NCBI GenBank assembly: GCA_951406725.2
Contig: OX597833.1
Location: 39,494,001 to 39,558,000 of the forward strand
Source of the DNA: Octopus vulgaris
Lineage: Eukaryota
Direction: 5' to 3'
Length of the DNA: 64,000 bases
Made by a program: the position numbers and the translations under genes. Shown here in pieces: positions 25,850 through 38,008 of this stretch. Position 1 is the stretch's first letter; every line of letters starts with the position of its first letter. A model generated the notes under the pieces. It made no database searches. It was not told the origin of the DNA and was given only the letters and a program-made list of their open reading frames with translations.

Positions 25850-26505
25850 GTGGATGTGTTGGGCTCACAATCATGAGGTAGTGAGTTCGATTCCAGACTG
25901 GGCTGTGTGTTGTGTTCTTAAGTAAGATACTTTAATACACGTTGCTCCAGTTAACTCAGCTGTAGAAATGAGTTGTGGCATCACTGGTGCCAAGCTGTAT
26001 TGGTCTTTGATAACATTGGTGGTGTGGAGAGGAGAGGCTGGTATGCATGGGTGACAGCTGGTCTTCCATAAACAAACTTACCCAGACTTGTGCCTCGGAG
26101 GGGAACTTTCTAGGGTCAATCCCATGGCCATTCATGACTGAAGAGGGTCTTTACCCTTTTAGGCATAGGTGTGGTCATGTGGTAAAAAGTTTGGTCGGTC
26201 CCCAGCCACATAGTTCTGGGTTCAATCCCACTGCATTGTACCTTGGACAAGTGTCTTCTACTATATGCAGCTTTGGGCTGACCAAAACCATGTGAATAGA
26301 TTTGGTGGCTGGAAACTGAAAGAAGCCCATATATATATATGCATGTGTGTTTTTTATGTCTCTGTTGACCACCACTTCACAACCTGTGTTGGTGGATTTA
26401 CAACCCCATAACTTAATAAGTACTGGAATCATTTCCTTTGACTAAAATTCTTTAAGGCAGTGCTCCAGCATGGCTGCAGTCTAATTACTGAAACAAGTAA
26501 AAGAA
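25850..26505 (+). mobile_element. Adjacent SINE C (25850-26160) and SINE A (26161-26505)
   Basis: Similar to the copies at 2810 and 43841. Confidence 0.85.
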
Positions 26506-26524
26506 AAATTAATATATATATATA

Positions 26525-26975
26525 TGCAGAAGTCACCAGTATCAAGGTTGTGCCATTAAACTCAGAGTTCTTCCACAGAGTATGTCACAACTCCAGATTA
26601 GAAGTTCATGACCTGTCTGAAGATCATGTCGTGTGATGAACTCTCCCTTGGACACCATCATAGAAGACATCTAAGAAAATACAAAAGGACTCTCATCAAG
26701 AACCCTATGAAACCATTATACAAAGAATTGTCAATGATCTACCATACCCTCCAATTATGAGGCCTGAAAAGATACTAGTCATCTGTTTGTCTTTTTGAGA
26801 AGACATGGAGGGCTGATCTTGAGAATGACAATAGAAAGAATAAAATAGAACTGTGACATAGCAACACTGAACCCAGCAAAAAGTGTCCTTTGCATCCACT
26901 GCAGCCAGACATAACTGTTCTTTATTGATTTCATTGACCACTGTGATTCTGTAGTTGACATGGACAGCCCCTTTC
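26525..26975 (+). mobile_element. RTE LINE 3' fragment, decayed
   Basis: AEVTSIK...ELSLGHHHR...FEKTWRADLENDNRKNK...CIHCSQ resembles the RTE ORF C-terminus. Confidence 0.55.
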
Positions 26976-27147
26976 ATGGTTCTTCATTTGCAGAGTTGTA
27001 TGGGTGCTATCCAAATGCACACTGTGTCTTGAACATTTTTAGAGCTAGTGAAGTCCATTCCTCACCAGGTCTGACCACAGCTGATTTCTTCCAGAAAAAA
27101 CGAACACAAACAGACAGAAAGATAGATAGATAGGTAGATAGACAGAC

Positions 27148-27199
<52 letters not shown>

Positions 27200-27511
27200 A
27201 AGTCACTGAAAGGATGAAAGGTAATATTGAACACAACAGGATTTGAACTCAGTGCATAGAGTGGTATAATGATTACTGCAAAGCAATCTATCCAGTGCTT
27301 TAAGCACTCAGCCAATTGGCCTGTTACACACACACACACACATACATATCTGCATGCATGCACACACATATGTATAAATATATATATGTATACATGCATA
27401 CATACATATACATAGATAGATAAAACTTACTTGTAAAAGGATGTGTGGCGTTCGATCATATAATATAAATAATATATAAATACATGCATGTATTTATATA
27501 TTATTTATATT

Positions 27512-27547
<36 letters not shown>

Positions 27548-28137
27548 GTATATACATACATATACATACATATATATGTACATATATGTACATATATTAA
27601 CTAATCAAATTCTAAAATTGCCATATTTTCACATTTTACCTTTATTTCTGATATATTTTCAAATGTACTTTTTTGATTTCAATAATCATCAGATAAATAT
27701 TGAGATGACTATAACAACTATAACTAGATAGCATTACTTATAGCTAAAAAAGAGATGAATCCATAAAATATTTTCAATATCAAAAAAAATAGGGGATGGG
27801 TATGCTATTTTGGTATTAATATAAATTGAATTCAGAACTAGTTTAAATTTCTCAATAAGTTTCTTATCTCTTATCCTTCCTTTAACTTCACTTGAATGAT
27901 AAAGTTTACAAATTGATAATATTGAAAATTTTCTTTTGCAATATGTTTCCGAATGACTACTGAGTGGGATCTGTCCAGTATTAAGGCCTGTAATTTGTTG
28001 ATGTCTACTTGAATGAACTACAATAATCAATTGCTATTCTGACCAAAAAATATTTCTTTACGATTTGGGCATTTGATACAGTAAATCAGATTTCTACAAT
28101 AAGAAATTTTTTCAACATTCCGTTTATGTTAATTCTA

Positions 28138-29392
28138 TTGGGTCATCCTATAAATAATGTTTTTTTATACTTCTTTTATTTTTCAAAATTGAGATAAACA
28201 AAGTTCTTTTTAAATCTAAAATTTACCCTCCTTCATTCTCTACAATGCTCTTCCATCTATCTGGTAGAGTTGCAAGGCCCTTCTTCCAAAATTCGCTTGT
28301 CCGTGACGAAAAATACTCCTCCAGTATTGTTCTGACCTCGTCTACAGAATTCATATTTTTTTCCCTTCAAATGATTTTGAAGACTATAGAATAAATGATA
28401 ATCAGATGGGGCAATGTTCGGCAAATATGGTGGGTGGGGCATCGTTTCCCATTCAAACTGCTCCAGCCTCTGGAATGCCATCCTCACTGTATGTGGTTGA
28501 GCATTATCCTAATAGAAGAATATCTTTCATCTTGAAACCAAAGATGGTTGTTTTCCTTTAGTGCTGAGTTAAGCCGCTCAAGCTGTTCACAGTAGATCTC
28601 CTTTATTATCATTTGTTTTGGGTTTAAAAGTTCAAAGTGGACTAAACCTTTCATATCCCACCAAACAGATAACAACACCTTACATGGGTAAGGACCTTCC
28701 TTTAGCCTGGGATGCTGGTGTTTCTCCTCTCCCTACCCACTGTCTGGCACTTGACATTTTTATAGAGAACCCATTTCATGTCACCTGTTACTATTTGGTC
28801 CAAAAACAGTTCATTTGTGAGATGTGACAGCATGTGATTGGACTTGGAAAATTTGTGAGGAACCTATTGACCCAATTTGATGACTTTTCTGATGATATGC
28901 AGGTGTCGATAAATGGTTGAATGACCAGATCCAAGCTTCTCTGTGAGTTTCTCAATAACTGCGATGGGATTTTGTTCCACTAGGTTTGCAGGATGTCCTC
29001 ATCAAGCTCTGCAGATCTTCCAGGATGAGGCTTGTCTTCGAGGCTGTAGTTTCTGGCTCGGAATTTCTGGAACCACCGTTGACACTGGCTTATGCTTATT
29101 GTCCAATCCCCATATACTGCATTAATATTCCTTGCACTTTCTGTTGCATTATTGCTTTTATTAAACTCATAAAGCAAAATATGCCGAATATACTCCTTTG
29201 TCACTTCCATTATAGCTTTGAAAAAATAACTGTTAAAATCGAACTGGACTCTTCAAAACTTGCACTAAGAATAAGGATAAAGTAAAATTACTATCTGCTT
29301 TTATAACAAGTTGATGCAGGTAGTTTATCGCTCCCCATTCCGACGTTTAGTTCATTCAATTGAAAAACCCTTATTATTTATGGATGACCCAA
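28138..29392 (-). mobile_element. Full-length but disabled mariner (DD34D-type) transposon
   Basis: TIRs ttgggtcatcc(t)ataaataat with TA on both sides. MEVTKEYIRHILLYEF...QCQRWFQKFR...LEDKPHPGR, LLSVWWDMKG, HPPYLPNIAPSDYHLF. Stops and frameshifts. Confidence 0.95.
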
Positions 29393-30611
29393 TATAATAC
29401 TTTAAACTGATAAGAAGTTAAACAAATATATATAAGGCTGAAATTGGTGTTGTGGTGTTATTGGTTTCCTTTGTGCTATAGACTATTTTGTAAACAAGTT
29501 GGTTTCTGAATATTATATTTACTTACCAATTTTTAATACATATGGTTTGGGGAAGTGTTTTTGTGGATGCAACTTTTCAACATAACTCAGAACTTGGCTT
29601 GTCATTGCCCTGTGTTCATATACAAATTTAACATCTTGCACTTGTATTTACATGCATGCTTGAATGATCCCAATACATAATATTAAACCAGCTCTTATTT
29701 TCATATAACAAATATAACCAATTTAAAAGCAAGTGTTACCAACCAAACTTAAAGTAAATGTCACCCAACTAAAACACTGTTTTGCTTGCTCTCCCTTTTC
29801 TTTTTGCCACTACCCTATGAATATTAGCCTTGTCTTTCCATTTTCCCCTCACTTTTCAACCTCTACTCTTCTTATTCTACTTCTCTCCATGATTCATTAT
29901 CTCTTCTCACCTAATGAAATAATTCATAAAGATGTCTTGAAAATACATTGTTAAACACACTTACACTACAAGTACTAAGCTCCAACCACATGATGAACCC
30001 AAAAATATATAAAACTCTTATGAATCAAAATAACTTATGGTCTGACAAAGGCAGCAGAGCTGAAATATCATAGTCGGTGTCAACTATATTTTTGTATACA
30101 CACACACACACAAAACAAGAATGCATATATATGGATATGTCCCCCTACACCATTTAGGCAAATGGTACATAAGTCCAGTGTAATACAATTACTTTTCCTT
30201 AACAGATCCTGTTCTATTTAACATTATCCTGAGACAAATCAAAGAACAAATAGATCCTATCATCTCCAAACAATATCTGGACAAATTTAATCAAAGGAAG
30301 CTAGACAAGACACCTATACCCAGATGCATTTCAGTCAACAACAACTTGAATGGAAGATGATACAACAAAACTTGACTTTAAAATGTCTTAGCAGATTCTG
30401 TCAGTTAGTACTATTATGTTAGACATGGCCTGATCCAATTTTTGCTGAAACATATCACATATACATAAGTGTATGTATATTTATACAAACACACACACAT
30501 ATACATACATATATGATGATGATGATCATCATCATCACCATCACCACCATCACCATCATCATCACCATCATCATCACCATTACCACCACCACCACCACCA
30601 CCACCACCACC

Positions 30612-30645
<34 letters not shown>

Positions 30646-30935
30646 CTATCATCATCGTCATTTAATGTCCGTGTTCCATGCTAGCATGGGTGGGATGGTA
30701 CCACAAAAGCCAACCAGGCCAAAGCCTGCACCAGACTTCTATGACTATTTTGGCAGGATTTTTACAGCAGGATGCCCTTCTGAACACCAACCACTCAGCA
30801 GAGTGGACTAAGTGCTTTTTATGCGGTACAAGCACAGGTGAGGTGAGTAGTGCTTTTTACATGGCACAAGCACAGGCGAGGTCAGTTTTGGCAGAGAATG
30901 AAAGAGAACTTGATATTATGTAAATAGAGGAATTA

Positions 30936-31170
30936 ATCTGTAGATGTAATATGTGACAATTATTTGGTAGCTATGATAAAACTCCGGGTTTTGGATATCA
31001 GGGTGGAAATCCACGCCACCATCTCTTCAGTTATCCAGCAATCGGAAAAATGCTATTTTTCTGATGGCCAGATAACTGAAGAGATAGCAGCATGGATTTC
31101 CACCCCGACATCCGAAACTCAGAGTTTTATCATGGCTACCAAATAATTGTCACATATTAAATTTACAGAT
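30936..31170. repeat. 235-bp foldback palindrome carrying a hammerhead-like motif (31071-31131)
   Basis: Arms of about 115 bp around a tgcta loop. gataa-ctgaaga-stem-gaaa-ctcagag-tt-ttatc. Confidence 0.85.
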
Positions 31171-31751
31171 ATATATATATATTTATATACATATATAAGG
31201 AATCTAATGCTCTTAGCTTAGTTTTTCCTTGGGGATGGCCAGATTGGAGCAATCTCAAGATTAATCAGCCAAAATTGTGAGGATGATCCAGTTCTTGACT
31301 GAAGAAAAAAGGCTTTGAATGACCTATCCGTGTATTTTTTGTATCGTCCATCTGGATGTTTTGTTGTCCCCTTTTGTATCACCTAGTGGTCCGGATGTTT
31401 TGTGCTCTTGTCTCATTTTTTATTTTATTTTACATATATATAAATATATTTATATATATGTATGCCACATAATTTTCAATACATATATGGCTATACATAA
31501 AAGATGGTTGTGTGCATTTTCACACTTACATAAATGCAATTAATATATTCATAAACCATTGCTATAGTTCATCATGCACATTTCTCATGTGCTTCATGAA
31601 TTGTTTATACATTTACCTGTTAACACTAGTCTCAGTTGTTTTATACTGTCATCTATTACTATTCTTCTCATGTATTTATACTTTTACTTGTTACCATTGG
31701 TTCCACATGTTTAAACTGTAATTTATAACCACTGCTCTCATGTTTATACTG

Positions 31752-32005
31752 TTCCCACTAGTTTCATGCATTTTCTTTTATTCTTCCCACTAGTTTCATG
31801 CATTTTCTGTTATACTTCCCACTAGTTTCGTGCGTTTTCTGTTATTCTTCCCACTAGTTTCATGCATTTTCTGTTATTCTTCCCACTAGTTCCATACATT
31901 TTCTGTTATTCTTCCCACTAGTTTCATGCATTTTCTGTTATTCTTCCCACTAGTTCCATGCATCTTCTGTTATTCTTCCCGCTAGTTTCATGCTTTTTAC
32001 TGTTC
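31752..32005. repeat. 32-bp minisatellite (cccactagtttcatgcattttctgttattctt), about 7.5 copies
   Basis: Directly visible, no spacers. Confidence 0.95.
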
Positions 32006-33837
32006 TCTGTTCCCACTGGTTTCATAAACTTATACATCTGTCATTCACTACTTAGTCTCATGTTTATACTGCCATTTGTAACCACAAACTGCTTTCATTT
32101 AATCTTTTATCTGTTCCCACTGGTCTCTGTCTTTTGCTACAACTGATTTTATGTTTTTATCATTTTACCTCTTAACACTTCTCTTGTGTGTTTATACATC
32201 TATCATCTGTTTTCACTATGCAAACATCAGTCCCCTCTGGTTCCATCAAAAAGGTCAATGGAGCTGAGCTTCTGCCAATGACTAATGTTCAGTTTGAAAT
32301 TTATACCAAGAACTAAATAGTTGTGGGGGTTTTTTTTTGTATAGTGTGCCCCCAAATTAACAACCTTTTCCAACTACCATTTTTCTGAATGTCCTGATGA
32401 AGGGTTCTTCACCACAAAATATAGAAATACAAGTTAAAACTGCAACTTTGTTCTGTTTTCTTTTCCTCTTGTAATTTACTTTTTATCTTCTCACATTGTT
32501 TCAGATTTAGACAACTACATTCTTTAAAACATAATTTATGTTTGAAGTAGTAAAAAAAAAAAGCTGTCCATTTAGTTTCCAATTTAGCCTTGCTGCTGAA
32601 TCAGAGAAGTTTGTTGCAAAGTTAACATCCTTATAACCTTCATAATTCTTAGTGAAATAGTTATGAATAAATTACTCAGTAAATGTACAAGATTGTAGAA
32701 TGGTTGTAGCAGAAAATTTAAGTTGTTTAGATATTAATTAATTCAGAGACACTATCCAGAAAATAAAAAGGAAATGCAATATTTAAATTAGTGTTAACAT
32801 GTTTAATGCAAGGAGTAATAAAAAAGAAAGGTTAACTGGAAATATATGGTGAGAGGGAAAGAGAAAATATAAACTATATTAGTGACTAAACATGGCTGCA
32901 ACAGCTAGAAAAGATGCGAAAAGTGATATTAGTCTTTGACTAATATTTTGTTTTTATTACTGTTTAGCTTTTTTATTACTCTGGGAATTAAATATGTTGA
33001 CACTAATTCAACATTATTATTTGAGTGCTTCATGAACTTAAAACGTTTGAGAATCAGTATAATTATGAAGAGGTTTTGGAAAGGAAATCATTGGGCAATC
33101 TATGCATTGTACAAATGTTTTACTTGAGAGAGGTAGATAGATAGATAGAGGGGGAGAGAGAGAGAGAGAGAGAGAGTATAGGTGAGAGACAGAGGAGAGG
33201 AACAGGTATCAAATGAAAGTGTGATTGTGTTCAATACGAAAATTGTCTGAAATAGCCAGTGGCATTAATGCTAAGAGAGAAATAAACAGGAGACCCCATC
33301 TCGAAGAGAATTTTGACAACAGTAAAAGAGTTTCTCTTGTGAAAAGCAAAAATTCTCATTGCAATCAGGTGAATGAAAAAGACTTAACATCAAGCATTGA
33401 CAACATTTTTCAAGAAGTAGTCCACATGAGACATGGCTCATTTTCAGGCAGGTCACACTAATAAAAAAAAAAAAGGAATTCAAGGTAATTTTTCGTTAGG
33501 TGTGCCATTCAGAATATCCCACGGGCTGCTGGTTGCTCATGATTCCTCTACATAATCGTTGGACATGATAGAAACAGTAGACATATCTTACTTCAAGTTT
33601 CCCACTACCCTGTTTGAAAAATACGGGAGGACATGTTAGGTGATGTTTCCCTTGGCACTGTTCTAGTAAAAACCTTTGTTCATAGGTGGTGATGGAGGGT
33701 CACCTTTGATAATAGACTGGACTGTATTTCATCATAGGCTGGAATATCTTTAACCATAGGGTGGATCATTTTTGACCCTAGTCTTTGATTATATGCTAGA
33801 TCATCTTTAACTATGGTCTGGGTCAATTTTAACTATT

Positions 33838-34045
33838 GAGTTGTGAAATTTGTGCTGTGGAGTTTGTGATGGGAAGTTTGTGATGCAGAGCTTGTGTTAT
33901 GAAGTTTGTGTTGTGAAATTTGTGCTGTGGAATTTGTGTTGTGGAGTGCGTTGTAGAGTTAGTGTTGAAAGTTTGTGCTGGTAGTTGGTGTTGTGAGGCT
34001 TGTGTTGCAAAGCTAGTGTGGTAGAATTTGAATTGCAGAGTTAGT
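33838..34045. repeat. Degenerate ~14-bp tandem repeat (tttgtgytgtggar)
   Basis: Visible periodicity. Confidence 0.75.
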
Positions 34046-34564
34046 TTTTTGAGAGAAAGGTTTGTGCTGACAGTGACAGCAACAATTTAGGATCAGATGA
34101 AGTAAGCTGTTTCTGTTTAACCCCAGGTGATCTCTGACAACACAAACCTGTGTTCAATGGTAATACCCACTGATGACCAGTCCATCTTTCATTCAAGCAC
34201 AGTATATCCAGGATTATATTATCAATAAGACAATGAAGTGTTGTGTTATGAGGATGATTTGGTTACTATTTCTAACAGGTCTAGTGAACACATAGAAGTT
34301 CTCTTGTTGCAGATGAAGTTGATGGTAGCAGTAGGGATAACGATGACAACGATAATGATGACGATGATGTTGGTGACGGTGGTGGTGGTGGTGGTGATGA
34401 TGGTAGTGATGAAAAGGATGGTGATGAGGCAAAAGTAACAAAGTGATGACTGTAATGATGTTAAAATACTGGTGGTGAAAACAATGGTGGTAATATGGGG
34501 ATGGTTCTGCTTGAGTAGACCTTATGATCAAAGGATGTACAGACTGTGACTACACCTTCTTTTC

Positions 34565-35630
34565 AGGAGTGGCTGTGTGGTAAGTAGCTTGCTTCCCAGC
34601 CACATCATACTAGGTTCAGTCCCACTGTGTGGCAGCATGGGCAAGTGTCTTCTATTATAGCCTTGGGCTGACCAAAGCCTTGTGAGTGGATTTGGTAGAT
34701 GGAAACTGAAAGATGCCTGTTGTATGTATATATATATTCTTTTATTATTTTATTTGTTTCAGTCATTTGAATGTGGCCATGCTGGAGCACTGCCTTTAGT
34801 CGAGCAAATCGACCCCAGGATTTATTCTTTGTAAGCCTAGTACTTATTCTATCAGCCCCTTTTGCCAAACTGTTAGGTTACAGAGATGTAAACACACCAG
34901 CATCAGTTGTCAAGCGAAATATGGACAAACACAGATACAAAACATATACATACATATATATATGTATATATGCATGTATTTGTGTGTCTATGTTTGCCCC
35001 CCACCTCTAACAACTGAACTGATGTTGGTGTGTTTACGTCCCTGTAACTTAGCAGTCATCAAAAAGGACTGATAAAATAAGTACTGGGCTTACAAAGAAT
35101 AAGTCCTGGAGTTGATTAGTTCAATTAAAGGCGGTGCTCCAGCATGGCTGCAGCCAAATAGCTGATATAAGTATAAGAATATATATATAGGTGCAGGTGT
35201 GGCTGTGTGCTAAGAAGCTTGCTTCTCATCCACATGGTTCTGGGTTCAGTCCCACTGCATGACACTTTGGGCAAGTGTCTTCTACTTTAGCCTCAAGCTG
35301 AACAAAGCCTTGTGAGTGTATTTGGTAGATGGAAACTCAAAGAAGCCTGTTGTACGTATATATATATATATATGTGAGTGTGTGAGTGTGTGAGTGTGTG
35401 TGCGTGTGTACGTGCATGTGTATGTTTGTGTCAGTGTTTGTCCCCCACTACTGCTTGACAACTGGTGTTTGTGTGCTTATATTCCCCTAACTTAGAGGTC
35501 CAGCAAAAGAGACCAATAGAATAAAGTACTAGGCTTACAAAAAGAAAAATGTCTTGGGGTCACTTTGTTCAACTAAAACCCTTCAAGGTGGTACTCCAGC
35601 ATGACCACAGTCAAATGAGTGAAACAAGTT
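34565..35630. mobile_element. SINE A cluster: a + copy with a nested inverted A tail (34738-34950), then another + copy (35195-35630)
   Basis: Blocks align to family A in both orientations. Confidence 0.85.
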
Positions 35631-35929
35631 AAAGATGAAAGACAGAAGATATGTCCAGGACTACATGACTATGTTCCCCATTATGTTCTTCTTTAGAGTG
35701 TATGATTTGAAGGAATTTGCTTGCTGTTTCTAGCTGACCAAGTGACCGACCAGAGAGTGACATCCTTGCAATGGTGTTGATGTTGGTGGAAGTAATGACA
35801 TTGATTTGAAAAAGGAACATGCTGATGAGTGTATGTTTGTGTGTCATGCGTATGGAGAGAGGGCAGGAGACTGTGTGACAATGTGCATGTGTGCATGTGT
35901 ATGTGTGTGTGTGTATATATACACATGTA

Positions 35930-36545
35930 CACACACACACACATGCATGTGTATGTGAATATGTGTGTCCACATATGTACATAAATGTATATCTGCAATC
36001 ATGTGTGTATATGTGTGTGTGTGTGTATGTATGTGTGCGTGTGTGTGCATGTATGCGCATGCACACACACACATGCATGTGTATGTGAATATGTGTGTCC
36101 ACGTATGTACATAAATGTATATCTGCATGCATGTGTGTATATATGTGTGTGTGTGTATGTATGTGTGCGTGTGAGTGTATGTATGCGCATGCACACACAC
36201 ACATGCATGTGTATGTGAATATGCGTGTCCACGTATGTACATAAATGTATATATGCATGCATGTGTGTATATGTGTGTGTGTGTGTATGTATGTGTGCGT
36301 GTGTGTGTATGTATATGCATGCACACACACACATGCATGTGTATGTGAATATGTGTGTCCATGTATGTACATAAATGTATATCTGCATGCATGTGTGTAT
36401 GTGTGTGTGTGTATGTATGTGTGCGTGTGTGTGTATGTATGCGCATGCACACACACACATGCATGTGTATGTGAATATGTGTGTCCACGTATGTACATAA
36501 ATGTATATATGCATGCATGTGTGCATATATGTGTGTGTGTATGTA
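35930..36545. repeat. Higher-order 130-bp tandem repeat built from TG/CA/TATG microsatellites, 5 units
   Basis: Marker gtgaatatg at 35955, 36085, 36215, 36345 and 36471. Confidence 0.93.
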
Positions 36546-36762
36546 TGTGTCTGTGTGTGTATTTGTGTGCAGTGTGCTCATAATATGTATGTGTGTGTGC
36601 GTGTGTGCACACATGTATGTAGGTATTTGTATATATCTATGCACACATGTATGTGTATGCATATTTGTGTGTATGTATGTGTGTGTCTTGCATTATACAT
36701 ATTGTTTGCTTTTTTTCTTTTCCAATTTTCATTTACTTTTTTGTAGTAGTAGTAGTAGTAGT

Positions 36763-36796
<34 letters not shown>

Positions 36797-36804
36797 TTAG
36801 CAGC

Positions 36805-36841
<37 letters not shown>

Positions 36842-37366
36842 ATGGTAGTATTATTAGTAGTAGTAGTGGTTGTCATTGTCGTTGTTGTTGTTGTTGTTGT
36901 TAGTATCCTTCTTTTCATTTTGGTTGATTATCTCAATCGGAAAGAGGTGTGGTGTGCAGGCGGTGTGGAAGAGGTAGGATAGGCTGATGGGTGTGTGTAG
37001 GTGAGTGGGTGGGTGGGTGGGTGGGTGGGGGGACGAAGGAGAGCCTAGATTTAATGGCCAACCTTAATAGAATCAATTCCATTGTTATGGCATCACATTC
37101 CCTGCTGTTTAACCTGCACTGCACTCTCTCCCCCACCACCCCACCACCACCGTCACCTCATCACTCTCTCTCTTTCTCTCTTGCACGCTCTCTACTACTA
37201 CTACTACTACTACTACTACCATTACTATCCTTCTTCCTCCTGCCTCTTCTTCTGTCACTCTACCCTCACCCCTCCCCCGCCGACACCCCACCAGCTTCCT
37301 TGTGCCATTCATCCATCTATCAAAAGGTTTATCAATCCTTTCATCTCTCATTCTAGGGATGATGAT

Positions 37367-37408
<42 letters not shown>

Positions 37409-37975
37409 TGTGTGTGTGTGTGTGCATGTGCCTATATGTATGCATATTAACATACAAATGTGTGTGCATGCATATATATATATATTTATGTATACATAAA
37501 TTACATACATACACATGTGTGTGTGTGTGTATATATATTTATGTATATATGTGTGTGTGGGTATATATATATTTGTATTTGTATGTATGTAGGTATGTAT
37601 ATATATGTATATGTACATGCATATATATGTGTATAATGATATATATACCTATATATACATATACATGAATGTATATATATATACATATATATACATACAT
37701 GCATGTGTATTTGTATATATATGTATACACAGACACACACACAAATACATACATACATACATACATGCATGCATACATATACATACACTACACATATGTA
37801 TGTAAGTTTATTTGTGAGCATATATATGTAATATTTATGTATTGATATACAGAGAGAATACAAGGGAAATATATTTATATATATATATATATATGTATGT
37901 ATATATATATATAAATGTGAGTGTATATATAGATATATGCATATATATGCTCACACATGCCCAATATAATATATA

Positions 37976-38008
<33 letters not shown>

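Noticed and set aside
31752-32005. CRISPR-like 32-bp repeats
   Set aside because: No unique spacers; an ordinary minisatellite.
33225-33461. 78-aa complex ORF ending before an AATAAA/poly-A run (terminal exon or retrocopy?)
   Set aside because: No plausible acceptor upstream, non-ATG start, no recognised homology and no TSD seen.
35629-36662. Long ORFs (327 and 272 aa) rich in H/T/Y/C, and the many similar ORFs across the window
   Set aside because: They are translations of CA/TG/TA/ATT/CTT microsatellites with no domain content.
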